Positions 6,944 to 11,884 of a stretch of DNA of 11,884 nucleotides are shown here, piece after piece. This stretch comes from a virus (Duplodnaviria > Heunggongvirae > Uroviricota > Caudoviricetes). The notes under the pieces were generated by a model. It was not told where the DNA came from. It ran no database searches and saw only the letters and a program-made list of their open reading frames with translations. A program made the position numbers and the translations under genes. The first letter of the stretch is position 1; the number at the start of each line of letters is the position of its first letter. The stretch is taken from the IMG/VR virus record IMGVR_UViG_2703719368_000012, positions 1 through 11,884 of that record. One strand, 5' to 3'.

Positions 6944-7160
6944 TCAATATGTCGAGACGAAGGTATGTTTCGGCGCGCAGCCAGGCTCTGTAATCCGGGA
7001 GCATTTCGGGGCTGTTACACCAGCGGTTTGTTGCTGCAACATTTAATACATGAGCCTGATAAAGGCTTTTCAAAAAATACATGTCGAACCTCCTCTGGTT
7101 CTGTCGATTGGGAACCACAGATTATATCCGGAGGAAGGTTCGGCACCAGATGAGGTAGCC

Positions 7161-8252
7161 ATGCGTGATTACGCAAAAGTTTCTCCGCGATTCTGGCTGG
7201 GAGAAACGGGGAGAGAACTTAGAAAGGCGGGTGCAGAAGCGCAAGTTGTTGCTTTTTACCTGATGACATCCCCTCACGCAAATATGCTGGGTTTGTATTA
7301 CCTGCCAGTTTTATACCTTGCTCATGAAACCGGGCTTGGTCTGGAAGGGGCTTCAAAGGGGCTTAAAAGGGCTGTTGAAGCTGGTTTTTGTAGCTATGAC
7401 CATGATGCAGAGATGGTCTGGGTCCATGAAATGGCAGCCTGGCAGGTTGGGGAAACGTTGAAGCCTGGCGATAACCGTTGTGCAGGTGTCAGGAATGAGT
7501 ATGCATCATTACCTGAAAACGCTTTTCTGTCAGTGTTTTACGACAGATATAAAACGGATTTCCATCTGGATGTGAGGCGGAATAATAGCCGAAATTCGGT
7601 AAGGGGCTTCGAAGGGGCTTTTAAGGGGCTTCGAAGCCAAGAACAGGAACAGGAGCAGGAGAAAGAACAGGAACAGGACAAAAACACTATGGTTCATGGC
7701 AAAAAAAACACCACGAACCAGGCAGGGGATGTTCAGACCGTCAATCCTGGTCAGCCAGCAGGCACGACACCGGAAGCCGATTCGGGCGCTGTGCAGCAGG
7801 TGATGACCGCAGGGTCGGAGCAATCACACCAACTGCAGCAGCCTGAAGCCGATTCCGCCATTCAGCGGGAAGCCGATCGGGTAGTCCCGGAAAGCACCGG
7901 GCAGTCTGTGGGACGAGTGGATTATCCGGATGTGTTCGAACAGGTCTGGCGGGAATACCCGTTGCGTGCTGGGGCAAACCCGAAGAAATCCGCTTTCAGT
8001 GCCTGGAAGGCCAGATTGCGCGAGGGGGTGCCACCAGAGACCATGCTGGATGGTGTGAGGCGTTACGCGAGATACCTGGCGGCGACCGGGAAAGCGGGAA
8101 CGGAATTTGTTCAGCGAGCGACGACGTTTTTTGGGCCGGACCGGAATTTTGAAAACCCCTGGTTGCTCCCGGTAAGCGGCACGAACAACCAGCGTTGTGT
8201 GAATCATATTTCTGAACCGGATACCGAAATTCCGCCGGGATTCAGGGGGTGA
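7161..8252 (+). CDS. ydaU: YdaU-like (DUF1376) putative replication initiation or replisome-organizer protein with an EQ-rich linker (363 aa from this start)
   Basis: ATG at 7161 with GAGGT 4 nt upstream. N-terminal region (FWLGETGRELRKAGAEAQVVAFYLMTSPHANMLGLYYLPVLYLAHETG...EMVWVHEMAAWQVGE) matches my recollection of Rac YdaU; it directly precedes the DnaC-like gene, as lambda O precedes P. The track ORF begins at ATG 7050 but has no RBS there. Confidence 0.75.
   Translation: MRDYAKVSPRFWLGETGRELRKAGAEAQVVAFYLMTSPHANMLGLYYLPVLYLAHETGLGLEGASKGLKRAVEAGFCSYDHDAEMVWVHEMAAWQVGETLKPGDNRCAGVRNEYASLPENAFLSVFYDRYKTDFHLDVRRNNSRNSVRGFEGAFKGLRSQEQEQEQEKEQEQDKNTMVHGKKNTTNQAGDVQTVNPGQPAGTTPEADSGAVQQVMTAGSEQSHQLQQPEADSAIQREADRVVPESTGQSVGRVDYPDVFEQVWREYPLRAGANPKKSAFSAWKARLREGVPPETMLDGVRRYARYLAATGKAGTEFVQRATTFFGPDRNFENPWLLPVSGTNNQRCVNHISEPDTEIPPGFRG
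7345..7375 (+). repeat. Iteron-like direct repeats, cluster 1 (AAGGGGCTT at 11-bp spacing)
   Basis: AAGGGGCTT at 7345-7353 and 7356-7364, with a degenerate third copy (AAAAGGGCT) at about 7367; exactly 11-bp periodicity. Confidence 0.45.
7601..7682 (+). repeat. Iteron-like direct repeats, cluster 2 (3 x AAGGGGCTT at 11-bp spacing) followed by a tandem hexanucleotide (GAACAG-like) array and an A-rich tract; candidate origin within the initiator gene
   Basis: AAGGGGCTT at 7601-7609, 7612-7620 and 7623-7631; then GAACAG GAACAG GAGCAG GAGAAA GAACAG GAACAG GACAAA (7641-7682), encoding the QEQEQEQEKEQEQDK linker; then A-rich sequence including an A8 run. Confidence 0.5.
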
Positions 8253-8258
8253 TGTGGC

Positions 8259-9005
8259 ATGAAAAACATTGCGGCAGCCGGGGTTCTTGAACGTATTCGC
8301 AGACTTGCACCACAGGCGTCGGTTCCACCGTACCGGACGGTGGAGGAGTGGCGGGAATGGCAACTTGCTGAAGGACGAAAACGCAGCGAGGAGATTAACC
8401 GCCAGAATCACCAGTTGCGGGTGGAAAAAATCCTGAATCGTTCGGGCATCCAGCCTCTGCACAGCAAATGCTCGTTTGCGAATTATCAGGTGCAGAACGA
8501 CGGGCAAAAATACGCGCTGAGCCAGGCCAAATCCATAGCTGACGAACTGATGACCGGGTGCACGAATTTTGTGTTCAGCGGTAAAACCGGCACCGGGAAA
8601 AATCACCTTGCAGCGGCGATGGGTAACCGGCTGATGGCGAAGGGGCGCAGCGTGATTATCGTCACCGTGTCTGATGTCATGAGCGTGTTGCATGACAGCT
8701 ACGACAACGGCAAATCCGGGGAAAAATTTTTACAGGAGCTTTGCAGTGTTGATTTGCTGGTCCTGGATGAAATAGGCGTTCAGCGGGAGACGAAAAACGA
8801 GCAGGTGGTATTACACCAGATAATTGATCGCCGGACAGCATCACTGTGCAGTGTCGGGATGTTAACAAACCTGAATCATGCCGCAATGAGTACACTTCTT
8901 GGTGAGAGGATTATGGACCGCATGACCATGAACGGTGGTCGATGGGTGACGTTTAACTGGGATAGCTGGCGTCCAAATGTCAGCAATATGAGGGTTGTGA
9001 AGTAA
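8259..9005 (+). CDS. ydaV: DnaC-like AAA+ helicase loader (YdaV-like replication protein, 248 aa)
   Basis: Walker A GKTGTGKNHLAAA and Walker B LLVLDEIG; N-terminus MKNIAAAGVLERIRRLAP as I recall for Rac YdaV; ATG 6 nt after the upstream stop, AGGGGG RBS. Confidence 0.9.
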   Translation: MKNIAAAGVLERIRRLAPQASVPPYRTVEEWREWQLAEGRKRSEEINRQNHQLRVEKILNRSGIQPLHSKCSFANYQVQNDGQKYALSQAKSIADELMTGCTNFVFSGKTGTGKNHLAAAMGNRLMAKGRSVIIVTVSDVMSVLHDSYDNGKSGEKFLQELCSVDLLVLDEIGVQRETKNEQVVLHQIIDRRTASLCSVGMLTNLNHAAMSTLLGERIMDRMTMNGGRWVTFNWDSWRPNVSNMRVVK

Positions 9006-9026
9006 TTTTGTCCGGAGGAAATTTTA

Positions 9027-9614
9027 ATGGAAACCGTATCTGACGCACTGAAAGCACTGAAAAAAGCCTCTTCACATGTGGTGGCAGCTCGCCTTGGAAT
9101 CAGTCGTGAAGAGGCTGTCAACGAGCTGTGGGAACTCAAAATAAATGGCGTCGTTGATAAAACTGGTCACACCTGGTTTCTGGCTGGCGAAGGTGAATCC
9201 CGGGTAACCGAAGAGCGGCCAGTAAAATCTGAAGCACAGGATATGCTGACCGGGGAGGTCGAACAAAAAGTTACCGCAGACATGATGATTGAGTTTATCG
9301 GTCAGGATGGGGCTAAAACGTGTGAGGAACTGGCGGGTAAGTTCGGTGTCAGTACTCGCAAGGTTGCTTCCACGCTGGCGGTGGTAACCGCAACGGGGCG
9401 GCTGGCACGCGTTAATCAGAACGGTAAATTTCGTTACTGCATGCCGGGCGATAATTTACCAGCAGAGCCGAAAGCCGCGCTGGTAACGGAAAGTGATGGT
9501 AAGGCCTTTCCTCAGAACGTGTTGTATCGGAAAAGTGATTGCCGGAGGCGCTTATGGCAAAAGTATTTACACAGGAAGAGCGGGAAAAAATTAAAGGGCA
9601 GGTTGTTGAGCTAG
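9027..9614 (+). CDS. Hypothetical prophage protein with winged-helix-like repeats (possibly DUF1627-like), 195 aa
   Basis: ATG at 9027 with GGAGG 8 nt upstream; two similar HTH-like segments (ARLGISREEAVNELWELKINGVVDKTG and ELAGKFGVSTRKVASTLAVVTATGRLARV). The last 25 or so codons overlap the next gene and look low-quality. Confidence 0.6.
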   Translation: METVSDALKALKKASSHVVAARLGISREEAVNELWELKINGVVDKTGHTWFLAGEGESRVTEERPVKSEAQDMLTGEVEQKVTADMMIEFIGQDGAKTCEELAGKFGVSTRKVASTLAVVTATGRLARVNQNGKFRYCMPGDNLPAEPKAALVTESDGKAFPQNVLYRKSDCRRRLWQKYLHRKSGKKLKGRLLS

Positions 9615-9967
9615 TACGCCGGAGTGGGCGCGAGACGTTACGGCAACTGGAAGCCAAGACAGGTGCGACAAGATATCTGATGAGCGTTCTTGCCAGAGAG
9701 CTGGTTGCCAGTGGCGATGTATACAACTCTGGTTACGGGTTATTCCCATCTGAACAGGCTCGTAAGGACTGGCAAAACGCCCGCAAAAAACTATCGAGGG
9801 CAAAACTGAAGAAACCGGTTGTGGTTGATCCTGACCTTATCTGGTCATTACCAGACGGAGAAATACGCCGCTATGACAGGCAATTGAACATAATTTGTAG
9901 TGAGTGCCGTAACAGTGAAGTGATGCAGCGAGTTTTGATATTTTACACAGGAGTAATGATGGAATAG
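9554..9967 (+). CDS. Hypothetical prophage protein (137 aa)
   Basis: ATG at 9554 with GGAGG 5 nt upstream; product MAKVFTQEEREKIKGQVVELVRRSGRETLRQLEAKTGATRYLMSVLARELVASGDVY... includes a winged-helix-like segment and a CSECRNSE motif near the C-terminus. Confidence 0.55.
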   Translation: MAKVFTQEEREKIKGQVVELVRRSGRETLRQLEAKTGATRYLMSVLARELVASGDVYNSGYGLFPSEQARKDWQNARKKLSRAKLKKPVVVDPDLIWSLPDGEIRRYDRQLNIICSECRNSEVMQRVLIFYTGVMME

Positions 9968-10318
9968 TGAAAATAACATGAAACCTTTGGATTCTGGTGT
10001 TTCAGTGGATGGGAAAAGAGCAGATACATAGAAAATGAATAGCAATAATTCACAGTCTGGATGTTGTTTGTATGCTTATAAAATGATCCTAGTATGCATT
10101 GCCGGAGTTGAATCAGCTCCAATGAAGAAACTGAGAGGAGTATTTAGAAGATAGCTAAATGGATGTAATTATTAGTATCTAAAAAATAGTATTTTTGAAA
10201 TGGGTCTAAGAACACAACAATGTACAAATGAGAAGTTATCTTTTAATATGTTCAAAGACCCATTAGGATTGATATCAGTTATGTTAGCTAGATTGATAAA
10301 GTGATTACATATTTTCTG

Positions 10319-11092
10319 TTATATGCTGAAATGAATAATGCTATTCCAGAGTGCAGCAGAGAAAGTCTCCTGATGATTGAGCTCTGGAAATTGTACAATA
10401 GAAAAATTACTGTATTTTTCTGTCAAAATATTTCTCAAAACAGATTCCGCTTTGATGGCTTCAGGATATAAAGATGCGGAGTAATCAAGGCTAAGATTTC
10501 CGTTAAGCAAGCATATACTTTTAGTGTGCTTTGATTCTGATATATCATCTTTAATTATCTTGATGATTCTTTCATTCTGCCATAGAAGTGATGGTGCAGA
10601 TATATAATAATAGTTAAAGCATGAATTATTTTTTAAGCAATCAAGCACAAAAATAGCACCTAGCGAGTGCCCCCATATACCGATTCTGGAACTGTTCGGA
10701 GCAATAGTACTAACCCATGGCATGATCTGAGTTAGTAATAATTCTCGGAAAGACTGGCTTCCTCCACCAGTAAAGTAGATCCATGCTGGTTTAGAGTTAT
10801 CAACAATAGCATTTTCACCATCAGGAGTATAATCGTAAGCACGGCGATGAATGCTAAGGTTATTCCAAGATTCATAACCAAGTGTAACTAACACTGGTGG
10901 ATTGGGTAGTGCATCAATAACAGGCAGAATATCAGAAATGTAATTGTTGGCACTATTCCCATCAAGTATATAAAGAGTTGCATTATTTTTTTTAATGTTT
11001 TTTGGAGTAAAAATACATATTTTATATTTGGTGTCATGGTTAATTGAGTTAAATATGCGTGTTTGACAATGAATGTCCATATGTTTAGTCAT
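10319..11092 (-). CDS. Alpha/beta-hydrolase esterase (PF00756-like putative esterase / siderophore-esterase fold), 257 aa, no signal peptide; AT-rich cargo (moron) gene
   Basis: Catalytic nucleophile elbow GHSLG; N-terminal LYILDGNS motif and IFTP strand typical of the Fes/IroE/esterase D family; GGAG-type RBS upstream of ATG 11092; local base composition is strongly AT-rich relative to the flanking prophage genes. Confidence 0.8.
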   Translation of the reverse strand: MTKHMDIHCQTRIFNSINHDTKYKICIFTPKNIKKNNATLYILDGNSANNYISDILPVIDALPNPPVLVTLGYESWNNLSIHRRAYDYTPDGENAIVDNSKPAWIYFTGGGSQSFRELLLTQIMPWVSTIAPNSSRIGIWGHSLGAIFVLDCLKNNSCFNYYYISAPSLLWQNERIIKIIKDDISESKHTKSICLLNGNLSLDYSASLYPEAIKAESVLRNILTEKYSNFSIVQFPELNHQETFSAALWNSIIHFSI

Positions 11093-11492
11093 GCGTTCTC
11101 CCCATGAGCATTAAAGGATGCTTAAGATATGCTATGTCACTGATAAAAAATTTGTTGTGTGTGTTTAGTTATTTTATCTACCTCCATTATGATTTAAGAC
11201 TGATATATGTTATCAGCAAAGGTACATCGTTATTATTTTACCTGTCAATACATTTGATATTGATTATCGTTTACATCGCTTGCTTAGGAAATTGAAGGCA
11301 GGTAACTATCATGTCAATGAACTAACCCACAGTCTAACGTACTTCTTTCCCCAATCACCAACAACCAAATTCCTGTTATCACCACTGGGATTTTGGCGCA
11401 ACTTCATGGTGCAGAGGTAAATAGCATCAAGCAAAATCTCTTTTTCCGTTGTTGTCCTTATGGGACGTCTGTCTTTCTGACCGATTTCATAT

Positions 11493-11521
11493 TGGCGAGG
11501 TAATGGGAAGTTAAGTAGAAT
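11493..11521 (+). promoter_or_regulatory. Putative hok mRNA promoter
   Basis: TTGGCG (11493-11498), 17-nt spacer, TAGAAT (11516-11521); predicted start near 11529, just upstream of the GAGGC/GCCTC leader hairpin (11536-11550). This parallels the plasmid R1 hok leader as I recall it. Confidence 0.45.
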
Positions 11522-11589
11522 AGCTGCGGGTGCTTGAGGCTATCTGCCTCGGGCATGAACACCAACGGCAGATAGAGAAAAGCCCCAGT

Positions 11590-11657
11590 TAACATTACGC
11601 GTCCTGCAAGACGCCTAACATTAATCTGAGGCTCAATCTATGAACGGCAAATCTAGG
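11590..11657 (-). ncRNA. sok: Putative Sok-like antisense RNA (type I antitoxin), approximate boundaries
   Basis: Minus-strand candidate -10 TAAGAG (plus-strand 11664-11669) sits opposite the start region of the upstream ORF, as in R1 sok; a hairpin GCGTC/GACGC (11599-11614) lies at the expected 3' end. Ends are not determinable from sequence alone. Confidence 0.35.
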
Positions 11658-11696
11658 TTAGCCTCTTACGTGCCGAAAGGCAAGGAGAAGCAGGCT

Positions 11697-11852
11697 ATGA
11701 AGCAGCAAAAGGCGATGTTAATCGCCCTGATCGTCATCTGTTTAACCGTCATAGTGACGGCACTGGTAACGAGGAAAGACCTCTGCGAGGTACGAGTCCG
11801 AACCGGCCAGACGGAGGTCGCTGTCTTCACAGCTTACGAACCTGAGGAGTAA
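11697..11852 (+). CDS. hok: Hok/Gef-family type I toxin (51 aa); an in-frame upstream ATG at 11640 gives a mok-like leader reading frame
   Basis: Product MKQQKAMLIALIVICLTVIVTALVTRKDLCEVRVRTGQTEVAVFTAYEPEE is a canonical Hok-family sequence (single TM helix, conserved Cys, C-terminal YEPEE), closely matching my recollection of HokD/RelF. The track ORF 11640-11852 extends the frame upstream by 19 codons. Confidence 0.85.
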   Translation: MKQQKAMLIALIVICLTVIVTALVTRKDLCEVRVRTGQTEVAVFTAYEPEE

Positions 11853-11859
11853 GAGACCT

Positions 11860-11881
11860 GGCGGGGGAGAAATCCCTCGCC
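11860..11881 (+). terminator. 3' stem-loop of the hok mRNA (terminator or fold-back element); downstream part beyond window edge
   Basis: GGCGGGGG (11860-11867) pairs with CCCTCGCC (11874-11881) including one G-U pair, loop AGAAAT; begins 8 nt after the hok stop codon. The U-tract, if any, lies outside the window. Confidence 0.4.
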
Positions 11882-11884
11882 ACC

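Noticed and set aside
6627-7118. Minus-strand 163-aa ORF
   Set aside because: Antisense to the better-supported plus-strand 169-aa gene and the intergenic region; no RBS; the operon context is plus-strand.
7050-7160. Upstream ATG (7050) as the start of the YdaU-like gene, and the plus-strand ORF 6965-7153
   Set aside because: There is no Shine-Dalgarno before 7050, whereas ATG 7161 has GAGGT at optimal spacing and begins the recognisable conserved region; the 62-aa ORF is Arg/Gly/Cys-rich with no RBS.
7641-7682. Tandem GAACAG repeats considered as a CRISPR or VNTR-type array
   Set aside because: Period is 6 bp with no spacers; the array is in frame and encodes an EQ-rich linker. It is kept only as part of the iteron/origin hypothesis, not as a CRISPR array.
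7530-8895. Minus-strand ORFs 7530-7823, 7741-7977, 7824-8693 (289 aa) and 8677-8895
   Set aside because: Antisense to the YdaU-like and DnaC-like genes, which have clear motifs (Walker A and B); products are Arg/Pro/His-rich shadow-ORF sequences.
9848-10045. Minus-strand 65-aa ORF
   Set aside because: Antisense overlap with the end of the plus-strand gene, running into AT-rich spacer; hydrophobic composition driven by T-rich codons; no RBS.
10198-10264. 9-bp inverted repeat (AATGGGTCT / AGACCCATT) with a 48-nt spacer downstream of the esterase gene
   Set aside because: Short arms, long spacer and no convincing trailing T-tract; could be a weak terminator or chance in AT-rich DNA. Not enough to call.
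11104-11295. Plus-strand 63-aa hydrophobic ORF
   Set aside because: In the very AT-rich upstream region of the esterase gene; the hydrophobicity is what T-rich random sequence gives; no RBS. A small membrane protein cannot be excluded, but support is insufficient.
1-11884. tRNA or rRNA genes, integrase or attachment site, CRISPR array, insertion sequences
   Set aside because: I found no cloverleaf-compatible segments, no long terminal inverted repeats with a transposase ORF, and no regularly spaced repeat-spacer array; the window appears to be internal to the prophage.

Overview
This window reads as the early-left, immunity and replication region of a lambdoid (Rac-like) prophage from an E. 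coli-like enterobacterial genome; all calls are from reading the sequence and recalled family signatures, with no database search. Left to right: a minus-strand early-left operon (a large exonuclease with a C-terminal DEDDh 3'-5' exonuclease domain that runs off the left edge and has a broken reading frame, small Kil-like and YdaF/YdaG-like genes, and an AT-richer insert with a convergent gene pair); a lambda-like immunity region (HTH repressor, then a ParE/RelE-type toxin-antitoxin pair, then an intrinsic terminator) flanked by two near-identical operator palindromes; a plus-strand early-right operon (YdaS-like Cro, YdaT-like, a 169-aa unknown, a YdaU-like replication protein with internal iteron-like repeats, a DnaC-like helicase loader, two further proteins); a very AT-rich moron carrying an esterase-family alpha/beta hydrolase; and a hok/sok-type type I toxin locus at the right edge. 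No tRNA, rRNA, CRISPR array, integrase or transposase was seen. The most interesting candidates are the toxin-antitoxin pair in the rex-equivalent position, the AT-rich convergent pair with a frameshift at an A7 tract, and the putative replication origin inside the initiator gene.
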